From Somniosus microcephalus (lineage: Eukaryota), in NCBI GenBank assembly GCA_052327205.1, contig CM126211.1, positions 179,180,001-179,244,000 of the forward strand: DNA of 64,000 nucleotides, in the 5' to 3' direction. Below are positions 1 to 13,200 of this stretch, piece after piece. Under the pieces are notes generated by a model. The model saw only the letters and a program-made list of their open reading frames with translations, ran no database searches and was not told where the DNA came from. Both the position numbers and the translations under genes were made by a program. The first letter of the stretch is position 1, and every line of letters begins with the position of its first letter.

Positions 1-227
1 CTAAAAGCATTTTGAGTCAATTGGTTCATTAACAAACCATGATGGCTAAAGGTTTACATAGTTTTCCCATGATAAAATTGCTAAATGTTTGCATATAGAA
101 TCCTGTTAATGTTTACAAATTAAGTTTCCATTATAAATACCTAGATTTAAAATCTTTTATCTGCATATCCCGTTCTGTCAATCTTTTCCAGTATCAATTC
201 CTGTCTACATTCATTATGAAGTCATTA

Positions 228-715
228 GGCTGTAATTACACCCTCCCCCCCAGCGGAGACACTACAGCACCATCACTGCTGGGAGAATGTAATTACATCA
301 TGGCAAGTTTGCATTATAAATGTGAATATAGGATATTATAATGGAAATATAAAAATAAGGACAGAATGTATGACTTTGAAATGGCGACTGAATTACATCT
401 GCACACCTGGTCCAATTATCACTGCAGTCTAAAACTGTCTACAGAAAGACCACATTTGACTGCCCATGTGCATTGCCAAGTAAGATCAACTTGTAATATA
501 TTAAAAGCCTTGACATTTTTTCATTCTAAATTCCCACCCCGGCATCAAACCTCCCAGGGGAGGCACTACAACACTACCACTGGCGGGAGGGTGCCATTAC
601 AGCACATGTTTAGATAAATAGTTCCATTATAAATGTAGACATAGGGATTTATATTGGAAATGGAAAAAAAGACAATATATGATTTTAAAATGGGGACTGA
701 ATTACAGCTGTGTGC
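228..715. repeat. Two diverged direct copies (~258-400 and ~562-710) of an old, partly palindromic element
   Basis: Shared CACTACA..CAC..CACTG..GGGAG...ATTACA...CATTATAAATGT...TGGAAAT...ATGA.TTT.AAATGG.GACTGAATTACA.CTG; a related sequence occurs at ~14980-15145. Confidence 0.5.
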
Positions 716-859
716 TCTGCTTGAATTAGCTCCTGTCCTATAATATTGCTTCACCTAGAGACTATACTTGGTCTTGATTCCAATGTACAACAGAGGAGAT
801 TAACTAGTTCACAGTAAGAAGTGTTACAACAGATAAGATTTGTGGACAGGAAGTGCGTG

Positions 860-3800
860 GTATATGCAATATGTTTTTTATTATATATATTTTATATATA
901 TTACATTATATACATTACGTGACTCACTGCAAGCAACACCATGAGATCTGCTAGTATATGCCAAAGCAATAATAGATTTAAGCAATGAGCATTAAGCTGT
1001 GTATGCTGTAGAACTTTGACATTGAATGCAATTCCATATTGATTTTTCCTCTGAATATGAAGTCACAGAGATCTTTGAAATATACATCTTAGTCCCACTG
1101 TTGTCAAGAAGTCATTTGACAACCATGATAAAATGTAAAAGTAATGCTGGTGCTGAGTAAGTATCTAAAGTAGGGGTTAAACAAAACAGAACTTACAAAA
1201 TATTTCCTTGTCAAATATAATACAGTTAGAGTTAAAAAGATTTACTTCAAGAATAATCTGTGTAATTACCACAGAGAGTTAAACATAAAATTCAAGCACT
1301 CCTTAGGCCTGTAAATTATCTTTTTTTATTTCTGTAAGACAAAAACATAATTAAACAACAGGCTGTCTCAAGTAACCCCTTAAATACACCTAAAAATCAG
1401 TATCAAAAGTGCAACAATTTATAATTTAGAGTAATTTTTCAATATATATACATACAATATTATGCTATCAAAGAACATACTTTTTTTCTGTAGAAATTTC
1501 TGACCCAATATACAAAATATTCGGCTGCTGTGTCCCAAAGAACTTCTTGACATAAAGACATGAATCAGTTCCATTATTTACTGGTTACTTTTCCCCCCAA
1601 CACCCTGATTTCTGATGGCTAAAATGCAATTTTGTAGCATTTAAAATATCCAAATTTATCAAACTATGCACCATTTGACTGCTGCACAATAGCCAAATCA
1701 ATTCCTAATATTCACTAAAATCCACACCCAAAAACATTTCTTTTTACAAAACCCGAGCATAACAGGAACAAATGCATAATGCTGCAATATTCTAATGATA
1801 TCTCACTCAACCACTGATTATTTTGTTTTTTTATGATTGAAGCATTCTTTTTTTAAAACTATATCGACTATTAAGTATATATCCTTCCAAACATGAAAGT
1901 GGGGAGGCAAAGAGGAGGCAAAAAAAACATTCAACAGAATGTACATGGCTTCTCTATTCCTGAATCCCAAGATGTGTTTTAATGCAGGTGATACAAGGGA
2001 ACTGATTAAAGCACTGTAGGGAAAGCCTAAAGGGCTTCAATAAAAAAAATATTTAAAAAAAAATTTGGGGCACTTAAGCTATCTACTTAGAAGCAATCAG
2101 TCTGAACTCCTGCCCCCCACAAGTTTACACCTTGCCCCAATGACATGATACTATTCCCCTTTAAAAAAAAACAAAAGGTAAATGCTAAGGGTTAAATGGC
2201 ATCAAATGTTAAGACCACAGCATTTCCTGAGCCAAAAAGTCAAAAAGCATTATTCTAAAAGCTACAGAATGTTCTCTGATGAATCAAAGTTTGTTTTAGC
2301 AGCAGATAGACATTCTTCACAGGATTTCAAAGTATTGATATGAAGTACTGTACAAGAGAAAGGTGGCAAAGTTCTCCACCTGGATTCAGAACAGTGATTC
2401 TGGTCTTAAACCCTACTTTAAAGCTTATGCAGGCCACTTTAAAATTCATGTTGCCAGAGTCTACTATATTCATCTACATCACCAGTCAGCATGGATGCTT
2501 AGATTCTGCTGAACTGAACTGCAGCCAATCTACCTCCCATTTACACATCGCTGTTTTAAACCAGGACAATTAATCAGACTATATCAAACCTTACGTCAGA
2601 GGCATGGGCTGGTGTGCACCATGAGGAGGCGGCAAGCAAGGATTCATAAAATTACCTCAGTTTGATTTAAATTCATTATCCAATTTTAAATTAATATGGG
2701 GAGGTAGGACTTTTTTTTTTTTTTTACACAAAACTGCCAAAGTAATTTATGGGTACCATATGAACAGTGTGCTTTGATTCCCATAAACAGAAATGCAAAA
2801 CAAATCTGAATGTACACATGGTGTGTAAACAGGGGCTTGAGATATTACATTCATCTGTGACTGTGAGTTCAACTAAGTGCATGGGAACACAGACCATATT
2901 TTTCAGGCAAATATTCAGTTACTTCAATTACTATATTGAAGTGTGCTGGATCAGATAAGCAATGCAGACTCAACAATGCAAGAGAAATTCTAAGATGTTA
3001 CAACAAAGAATAATTATATTGTACATAATAGTGAGCAACCAAAGATTTATAGGAACTGAAATGGTTTATAAAGAAATTAATGAATCTTAAAATGTGTACT
3101 CACATTATTTATATACTATATACACACACAACAGAAAATAATTAGTGCACACTCCAATATGGCAGAACAGTGGGGTGTTTCTAGCGAGACATTTAAAATA
3201 TGGTCTATTTACTTTTTCATGATGCATCAAGTCAAAAAACAAATTGGAATTACTTTTATAACACTTTGCCACTTTACAGTTCCTCTGGGATAACAAAAAT
3301 ACTTTACAAAACGTATTTAATTCTTTGACACTAACAAATTGTTTCACTGTTGTATTTACAAGGCTCTACAACTCTTTGCCTGCCATTGCTCATGCCCTGC
3401 ATTTAACATCTACTCATATTTGATGCTTCTTGTGCATTAGGTAACTTTCCTGCAATCAGCACCAGATTTTTTGTGAATAAAGAGTGCCAATGTGTGAACA
3501 GATGGTGAAACAAAATAAATACTTGAATTTAATGCAAATTAACACCATGTCTGCTGGAATATTACATATTTACTTTGTGGAAATTGAAAGTCGTCACAAT
3601 TGCAGGGCTAGATGTCAGTCAAATAGGTTTCTAAGAGGTGTAGAAACCTTACATAATATACAATGTCATGTTCCTCTTTGGTGGGAAATTTTGCTCAGAT
3701 TTGTTAATATCAACTGTCATTGTTTTTGGTCATTTACTTTAAAAGGAAAACAAATCTAATCCCAGTAGTACCCAAATTTCAGGATGTAAAAATTACATAA

Positions 3801-4191
3801 CTTAAAATGCCAACAGGATAAGCCAACATCAGTTCACTTTGGTTTCATACATATGCATTTAGCATCCATCACTTTCACTTATGTCAATTGCAGCTGTGGA
3901 ACTGACATCATAGCCTCAGCTCAGCGCTACTTACACAAGTGTGCCTTATACACAGCTGCTACAGCTTTATTTCAATGTGATTTCACAATGAGTAAAGCCG
4001 CTTTGTTTACATGGATATCTTTGCTTTGCCATTACAATTAGTATTACTCTATTGTGACCCAAGCTCTGCAAACAAGACTAAAAGTTCTCTCATCTTCTGT
4101 TTCTTTTGCATGATCTCAGTGCCTTGTTCCTGCAAGGGTGAGCATTGGGAAGTGAATGAGGTGGAACTGTTCTCCTGCACTCTGGATCCAT
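860..4191 (-). other. USP12: Probable USP12 3' UTR (~3.3 kb)
   Basis: AT-rich and free of recognisable transposons, unlike the introns; minus-strand AATAAA at 1325-1330 and 877-882. The true end cannot be fixed from sequence alone. Confidence 0.5.
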
Positions 4192-4293
4192 TTAATCCCT
4201 GGACTGGTAGAAAAGGATATAACCAGACTCGGAGTTCTTTGAGATATCAGACGTCAATCCATAGAACTCTTCGATGGCTTGTGCATCTATCTT
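4192..4293 (-). CDS. USP12: USP12 last coding exon ([33 protein letters not shown])
   Basis: CAG acceptor (NAGNAG: CAG|AAG), TAA at 4192-4194. Confidence 0.95.
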   Translation of the reverse strand, partial: KIDAQAIEEFYGLTSDISKNSESGYILFYQSRD

Positions 4294-7200
4294 CTGCGCA
4301 GTAGACAACATAAACATGGTTAACAATGGAGAAAAAAGGCTACAGAGTCTTGTTCAATTCTAATAGCTCTGTCGATCAAACAAATGATCCTGAATGTCTC
4401 ACAGAAAAGTCAAAGCTTTTGCCCAAGTAGTAAACATCCTGCACAGTAAATACAGAACTACCTGTGTACATGTCTTGATTATTGTCAAAAGCCCTCACTT
4501 ACTATAGCTGGATAACAACCTACCCTGTGGGGTGGGGGAATTCTCTATTTAACAAGTCAATGGGTGTGAAATTCATCTTCAGCGATAGCGCAAAAGAGGG
4601 ATAGCAAATCGGCGGTCCGTTTTACATTGACTGGACAGAGTGTAGAACGGGCTGCTGATTCGCTGTCACCCGTTTTGCGTTATCGCCCAAGATGAATTTC
4701 ACCCCCAATGTTTCTTGACTTTTTTTTTTATTCACCACATAATGTTTTTGCCAAACTATTTCTAATCCTTGCACTGCTGAATAAACACTCCAATGTTACC
4801 AAACCAGCTGTTGTGCCGAATGCTTTAAGAGTTTATTCACCAAAGTATAGCAACAGTATGTACAGACCAGATGTTAACTACTGTAGCCAGCTATGCCATT
4901 TCTCTGGGGGTTCCACAGATCTCCCACCGAATTATTGGCAGGAGACCAGGAGAACCACTATGGAAATTCAGGAGCAAATATTTGAAAAGTACAAATAATA
5001 TGCATTAAACAAAAAGGACTTTTTTTTTTTTTTTTTTTTATAAAGTTGATGGAATCATCACTTAAGGGGACTTGGAAAAAAATGTGTATAATGTAGTTTA
5101 TTAGGAACATAGGAATACGAGTAGGCCATTCAGCCCCTGAAGCCTGTTGCGCTATTCAAATAGATCATGGCTGATCTATACCTCAACTCCATTTGCCCAC
5201 CGTTGATCTATATCCATTGACTTAAGGAATTTTTTTTGTAAATCACTAAAAATAAGGATAAAATAGAAGCAGTGATTGAATAAACGGGGCCTACATCTCA
5301 ATGTCAGCACTGTGATCTTTCTTCAAACAAAATTTAATTGATGTATTACTCATTTTGTTACAACAGAATTACAAGTGGACTACAAGAGAGCGCGAGAGCG
5401 GGCCGGAGATAAAAGGGCACGACTGAGCCGACCAGCGGGATTACAAGAGAGCGCGAGAGCGGGCCGGAGATAAAAGGGCACGACTGAGCCGACCAGCAGG
5501 ATTACAAGAGAGCGCGAGATCGGGCCGGAGATAAAAGGGCACGACTGAGCCGACCAGCGGGATTACAAGAGAGCGCGAGAGCGGGCCGGAGATAAAAGGG
5601 CACGACTGAGCCGACCAGCGGGATTACAAGAGAGCGCGAGATCGGGCCGGAGATAAAAGGGCACGACTGAGCCGACCAGCGGGATTACAAGAGAGCGCGA
5701 GAGCGGGCCGGAGATAAAAGGGCACGACTGAGCCGACCAGCGGGATTACAAGAGAGCGCGAGAGCGGGCCGGAGATAAAAGGGCACGACTGAGCCGACCA
5801 GCGGGATTACAAGAGAGCGCGAGAGCGGGCCGGAGATAAAAGGGCACGACTGAGCCGACCAGCGGGATTACAAGAGAGCGCGAGAGCGGGCCGGAGATAA
5901 AAGGGCACGACTGAGCCGACCAGCGGGATTACAAGAGAGCGCGAGAGCGGGCCGGAGGTAAAAGGGCACGACTGAGCCGACCAGCGGGATTACAAGAGAG
6001 CGCGAGAGCGGGCCGGAGATAAAAGGGCACGACTGAGCCGACCAGCGGGATTACAAGAGAGCGCGAGAGCGGGCCGGAGATAAAAGGGCACGACTGAGCC
6101 GACCAGCGGGATTACAAGAGAGTGCGAGAGCGGGCCGGAGATAAAAGGGCACGACTGAGCCGACCAGCGGGATTACAAGAGAGCGCGAGAGCGGGCCGGA
6201 GATAAAAGGGCACGACTGAGCCGACCAGCGGGGTTACAAGAGAGCGCGAGAGCGGGCCGGAGATAAAAGGGCACGACTGAGCCGACCAGCGGGATTTCAA
6301 GAGGGCGAGCCCGGAGCAGCACCAACCAACCTGGGAGGAGAAGAAGTAGAAAGATTCAAAGTGTGATGTCACAGGAAAGCAGGGAAGTGATTGGTTGGTC
6401 AGTATTTCTCTCTTTTTCTTGGGCATTGGTATATATTAAGAGCCGGGATTAAAAATGAAACTTTCAAAACTTAAACACTTAATTAATTAAATACATTAGG
6501 GATGGCAAGGCAGGCGATGTGTTACTGCTGGTGGACACCATTGATGTCCACAGCGACCATATTTGCAGTAAGTGTTGGTTGCTTGAGGAACTTCGACTCC
6601 GTGTTGATGAGCTGGAGTCCGAGCTTCAAACACTGCGACACATCAGAGAGGGGGAAGAGTAACCTGAACGCTGTGTTCCAGGAGGCAGTCACACCCCTTC
6701 GATTTCGTCCGTGGTCAGGGACAGGTTGGTGTGACTACGAGCGAGGCAGGTATGGGGACCAAGGAGGTAGTGGTGGAGGAGCCTCAGCACTTGCTCTTGT
6801 CCAACAGTTATGAGGTTCTTACTCTCTGTGTGGGCGAGAGCAGGGACTGCAGTGAGGATGAGTAAACTGACCACAGCACCGTGGTACAGGGAGCCATTCA
6901 AGTGGGGAGAGCAAAAAGAAATGTGGTAGTGGTAGGGGACAGTATAGTTAGGGGGATAGACACTGTTCTCTGTAGCCAAGAGCATGAGTCCCGAAGGCTG
7001 TGTTGCCTACCCGGTGCCAGGGTAAAGGACATCTCCTCTGGGCTGGAGAGGAACTTAGAGCAGGAGGGGAAAGATCCAGTTGTCATGGTCCATGTAGGTA
7101 CCAACGACATAGGTAGGACAAAGAAAGAGGTTCTGCTGAGAGAGTATGAGCAGCTAGGGGCTAAATTAAAAAGCAAAACCACAAAGGTAACAATCTCTGG

Positions 7201-10200
7201 ATTACTACCTGAGCCACGTGCAAATTAGCATAGGGTAAATAAGATCAGAGAGATGAACAAGTGGCTCAAAGATTGGTGTGGGAGAAATGGGTTTCGATTC
7301 TTGGGGCACTGGCACCAGTATTGGGGTAAGAGGAAGCTGTTCCCGTCAGGACTGGCTTAATTTGAACCAGGCTGGGACCAGTGTCCTGGTACATCCTGGG
7401 GGGTTACCATTGATCAGAAACTGAACTGGACCAGCCATATAAATACTGTGGCTACAAGAGCAGGCCAGAGGCTGGGAATTCTGCGGCGAGTGTCTCACCT
7501 CCTGGCTCCCCAAAGCCTTTCCACCATCTACAAGGCACAAGTCAGGAGTGTGATGGAATACTCTCCACTTGCCTGGATGAGTGCAGCTCCAACAACACTC
7601 AAGAAGCTCAACACCATTCAGGATAAAGCAGCCCGCTTGATTGGCACTCCATCCACCACCTTCAACATTCACTCCCTCCACCACCGGCGCACTGTGGCTG
7701 CAGTGTGTACCATCTACAAGATGCACTGCAGCAACTCGCCAAAGCTCCTTCAACAGCACCTTCCAAACCCGCGACCTCTACCACTTAGAAGGACAAGGGC
7801 AGCAGACGCATGGGAACATCACCACCTACAAGTTCCGCTCCAAGCCACACACCATCCTGACTTGGACCTGTATCGCCGTTCCTTCACTGTCGCTGGGCCA
7901 AAATCCTGGAACTCCCTTCCTAACAGCATTGTGGGTGTACCTACACCATATGGACTGCAGCGGTTCAAGGCGGCGGCTCACCACCATCTTCTCAAGGGCA
8001 ATTAGGGATGGGCACTAAATGCAGGCCTAGCCAGCGACGCCCACATCCCATCAATGAATTTTTAAAAAAGAATCGAATAACTAGGGCTGTAGATAGGGCT
8101 TTAAACTAAATACAGGAAACTTTGTGCTATCCGGCACCGAGCTGTTGCCGTTCCCTCAAAACCGCTGGACACTCCAGCGCTAATGTTGAAACATACGGAG
8201 ATTTTCAGCTCCGTGTGAATCAACAAACCCTGTTGCTTAGCAACAGCTTCTAAACAGTCGGCAAGCGTCTCTAGCTGAAGCTGTTGCTTAGCTACAGACC
8301 TTGCAGAGCTTGACTGTTGAGGAAAAAAGCAACGAAAAGAAAAAAAACAGCTCCTGATTTTTGCCGGTGGCTCGAGCTTGCTGGACATTTAGCCTCCGGA
8401 TAACACAAAGTTTCCTGTAGTGGGGGGGGGGGGGGGGGGGGGGTGGGTCTGCTGAGCGGAAATTTAAAAAGTCAAAGAAAAATGAGAAGGCAAAAGTGCA
8501 GGGTAGCGATAGGGGTAATAATAACCAGAGTGTGACAGGAAGTGACAGAGCATATACACACACGAGTGTATCAGAAAGAGGGGTCGGAGTAGGGAAAAAT
8601 GGTAAAAAGACAAAATTAAAAGCTCTATATCTGAACACACGCAGCATTTGTAACAAGATAGATGAGCTGACAGCACAAATAGAAATAAATGGGTATGATC
8701 TGATAGCCATTACAGAGACGTGGTTGCAAGGTGACCAAGGCTGGGAACTGAATATTCAGGGGTACTTGCCATTTCGTAAGGATAGCCAGAAAGGAAAAGG
8801 TGGTGTGTAGTTCTGTTAATAAGGGATGAGATCAGTGCAGTAGTGAGAAATTATATTGGCTTAGAAGATCAAAACGTAGAGTCAGTTTAGGTGGAGATAA
8901 GAAATAATAAGGGTAAGAAGTCACTGGTGGGAGTGGCCTATAGGCCCCCAAACAGTAGCCACACTGTAGGACAGAGTATAAATCAAGAAATAATAGAGGC
9001 TTGTAAGAAAGGTACGGCTAAAGTCATGGGAGATTTTAATCTTCATATTGATTGGACAAAGCAAATTGGCAAAGGTAGACTTGAGGAAGAGTTCTTAGAG
9101 TGTATGCGGGATGGTTTCTTGGAACAATACGTTGTGGAACCAACCAGGGAGCAGACTATTTTAGGTCTGGTAATGTGTAACGAGGCTGGATTAATTAATG
9201 ATCTTGAAGTGAAGAGTGATCATAACATGGTAGAATTTCAAATTCAGTTTGAGGGTGAGAAAGTTAGGTCTCAAACTAGTGTCCTGAACTTAAATAAAGG
9301 TAATTACAAAGGTATGAAGGCAGACTTGGTTAAAGTGGACTGGGAAAATATATTACAGGGTAAGACTGTAGAAAAGCAGTGGCAAACATTTAAGGAGATA
9401 TTTCATAACTCTCAGCAAAGATATATTCCAGTGAGAAAGAAAGACTAAGAGAAGGATGAACCATCTGTGGCTAACTAAGGAAGTAAAGGATGGTATCAAA
9501 TTGAAAACAAAAGCATACAATGTTGCGAAGAATAATGGAAGGCCAGAGGATTGGGGAATTTTTAAAAACCAGCAAAGCACGACTAACAAAATGATAGAGA
9601 GATAGAAGATAGCTTATGAGAGTAAGCTAGCAAGAAATATAAAAACAGACAGTAAGAGCTTCTACCGGTATATAAAAAGGAAGGGAAGAGTAGCTAAAGT
9701 AAACATTGGTCCCCTAGAGGATGAGTCTGGGGAATTAATAATGGGAAACAGGGAAATGGCGAAGACTTTGAACAAATATTTTGTATCGGTCTTCACGGTA
9801 GAAGACACTAAAAGCATCCCAATAATGGATAATCAAGGGGCTATTGGGGTGGGGTGGGGGGAAAACTTAAAACAATCACTCTCACTGGAGAAAAAGTACT
9901 AGGCAAACTAATGGGACTAAAGGTGGACAAGTCCCCATGACCTGCATCCGAGGGTCTTAAAAGAGGTGGCTGCAGAGATAGTGGATGCATTGGTTGTAAT
10001 CTACCAAAATTCCCTGGATTCTGGAGAGGTCCCAGCAGACTGGAAAACTGCAAATGTAACGCCCCTATTTAAGAAAGGAGGGAGACAGAAAGCAGGCAAC
10101 TATAGACCAGTTAGCCTAACATCTGTCATTGGGAAAATGTTGGAGTCCATCATTAAGGAAGTGGTAGCAGGACATTTGGAAAATCATAATATAGTGAAGC

Positions 10201-13200
10201 AGAGTCAGCAGGGTTTTAGGAAAGGGAAATCATGTTTGACAAATTTGCTGGAGTTCTTTGAGGATGTAACGAGCAGGGTGGATAAAGGGGAATAAGTAGA
10301 TGTCGTGTATTTGGATTTCCAGAAGGCATTCGATAAGGTGCCATATAAAAGGTTAATGCACAAGATATGAGCTCATGGGATTGGGGGTAATATATTAGCA
10401 TGAATAGAGGATTGGCTAACTAACAGAAAACAGAGAGTCGGGATAAATGGGTCATTTTCAGGTTGGCAAACTGTAACTAGTGGGGTGCCACAGCGATCAG
10501 CGCTGGGGCCTCAACTATTTACAATCTATATTAATGACTTGGATGAAGGGACCGAGTGTAATGTAGCCAAATTTGTTGATGATACAAAGATAGGTGGGAA
10601 AGCAAATTGTGTGGAGGACGCAAAGAATCTCCAAAGGGATATAAATAGGCTAAGTGAGTGGGCAAAAACCTGGCAGATGGAGTATAATGTGGGAAAGTGC
10701 AAGGTTATCCACTTTGGTAGGAAAAATAAAAAAGCAAATTATTATTTAAATGGGAAGAGATTACAAAATGCTGAGGTACAGAGGGATCTGGGGGTCCTTG
10801 TACATGAATCACAAAAAGTTAGCATGCAGGTACAGCAAGTAATTAGGAAGGCAAATGGAATGTTGGCCTTTATTGCAAAGGGAATGGAGTATAAAAGCAG
10901 GGAAATCCTGTTACAAATGTACAGGGCTTTGGTGAGATCACACCTGGAGTACTGCGTACAGTTTTGGTCTCCTTATTTAAGGAAGGATATACTCGCATTG
11001 GAGGCATTTCAGAGAAGGTTCACGAGGTTAATTCCGGGGATGAAGGGGTTGTCTTATGAAGAAAGGTTGAGCAGGTTGAACCTATACTCATTGGAGTTTA
11101 GAAGAATGAGAGGGGATCTTATTGAAACAGATAAGATGTTGAAGGAGCTTGACAGGGTAGATGCAGAGAATAAGGGGTCACCCTTTTAAATTGGAAATGA
11201 GGAGGAATTTCTTCTCTCAGAGGGTCGTGAATCTTTGGAATTCTCTTCCCCAGAGAGCTGTGGAGGCTGGGTCATTGAATATATTTAAGGTGGAGATAGT
11301 CAGATTTTTGAATGGTAAGGGAGTCAAGGGTTATGGGGAGCAGGCAGGGAAGTGGAACTGAGGCCAAGATCAGATCAGCCATGATACTATTGAATGGCAG
11401 AGCAGGCTCGAGGGGCCAAATGACCTACTCCTGCGTCTTATGTTCTTATGCTGAACTAAACTGCACCATAGCTCCAAAACATTATACAGAAAAGTAAAGC
11501 TACACTTCGTTTTGTGCCTCAGTCTCGCCTTGCTGCTGTGCTGTATGCTATTAAACTGCTGGCTAGAGGCAGTGTAGGATCAGAAACCCCTCCCCATGTG
11601 ACATCATGAATCTCCAGTGGGTATTCTGCATCTACCCAGTACTAAAGCATAACAACGGCCATAGTAACAAGGGACATCTAAAAGACAGTAGTCAACAAAC
11701 AGATGTTTAACATTTAGGAATTATGAAGTAATTCAACAGAATATAAAACTCTTTAAAAACATGCATCTTACAATCTTTTCTCCCATCTTCTCTCACTTAA
11801 GAAAAACAAAATTTTATGATTCTAACACAAAGGGATCACTTCTAAATGCACTATATGAATTCCTGCCAGAGATGAGAAAGTCTGGCAAGTTTTGTTCACT
11901 GTTCCAAATTTAACCTGCAAGTGAGTTTAGAACTATGCTTTGAATGGTTGCCAAACCACAGAAAAGCTGCACTTCTTCAGTTCAGCTACTTCCACCTCAG
12001 AACGATTTAAAACAAAAAAAAACTGCAGGGGCACATAATCATACAGCACAGAAGGAAGCCATTCGTTCCATCGTGCCTATGCTGGCTCTCTGAAAGAACT
12101 ACCAATTAGTCCCACTCCTCTGCTCTCTTAGCTCTGCTAATCTTTCCTTTTTAAGTATATATCCAATTCCCTTTTGAAAGTTATTATTGAATACCCTTAA
12201 TATTTTACAGCTTTCATTAAAACAATTTTAGAAAACAAACTTTAATAGTATTAAATAACTTAAATTCAGTAATAACTTCAAATAAACATACCTCTACTAT
12301 ATCATCATCGAACAGCAACCAAAAGTCATGGCTCTTTACTATTGCAATGTAGTGCCCACGGTTAGGGCCACTAAACAAGAGAAACAATTAGCATTAGCAC
12401 AAAAGTTCCTTTCAATGTTTTCGTAGCATCAGATAAATTTCTTACCAACAAAAAGGATTGAGAAGAGTTGCAGCAGAATTCTAGCCATCGAAGATGAAAT
12501 TGCCTATCCATCATTTTCTGTGGGGGTTTTTTCACTCTGCTCATATTACATTTTGCCCGTAAATCTGGCAAGGAGCCAGTGTATAATGATCCACAATTCA
12601 CAGCTTTAATCAGCTTTGCACAAAAAAATAATTGCTATGAAGGATATTTTCAATTCTCAAAAGGCTACTGCTGACTGTATAATATACAGCCAACATGTAC
12701 TGTATTTAACAAAATATTAGATTACAGGTAGTCATAAAGGAAGGCTCCAATAGGTTTTGATCCAGTTCTCAGCTAATAAAGAACTAATTTGCTAAGAACC
12801 AAGCTTATTTTGTAAACTGGTACCAATATGCTATAAGGACATGATGTTTTAAAGCTATTTCAAAGTGCTTTGTGATATTCTTCACTCATCACCTAAAATT
12901 GCTCACACTTCTACACCGGCTTCAGATCTGTACCCAGCAGTATTTCACCAGTGTGTTACATAGCTGAAAATATTCTCTTTAGACACAACCCAAGTTTAGA
13001 AGGATAATATCTATAACTCTACTGTTAAGTGCTTTTCAAACTTCGAATGAATATATCACAAACATTTCTCATCCATCATTACACTATACTGAATTATTAG
13101 TGGGCTGGAATGGGGCAGGAAGTGCAGGAGAACATCTACAGTACTGCCGCATGAACATTTCATATATCCGACATTACGCTTTACTAAAATCCTAGCAACA

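Larger units (their letters stand above)
5378..11450 (+). mobile_element. Full-length, decayed CR1 LINE (element A) with two nested insertions
   Basis: 5' monomer array; ORF1 from ATG 6502 with SGNH esterase motifs ([24 protein letters not shown]); ORF2 APE endonuclease ([24 protein letters not shown]) and RT ([16 protein letters not shown]) broken by stops and frameshifts; tail CTTATGTTCTTATG. Confidence 0.93.

Noticed and set aside
5378-6305. CRISPR-like array or coding repeat
   Set aside because: Head-to-tail identical units with no unique spacers, in a vertebrate intron; it is the 5' end of a CR1.
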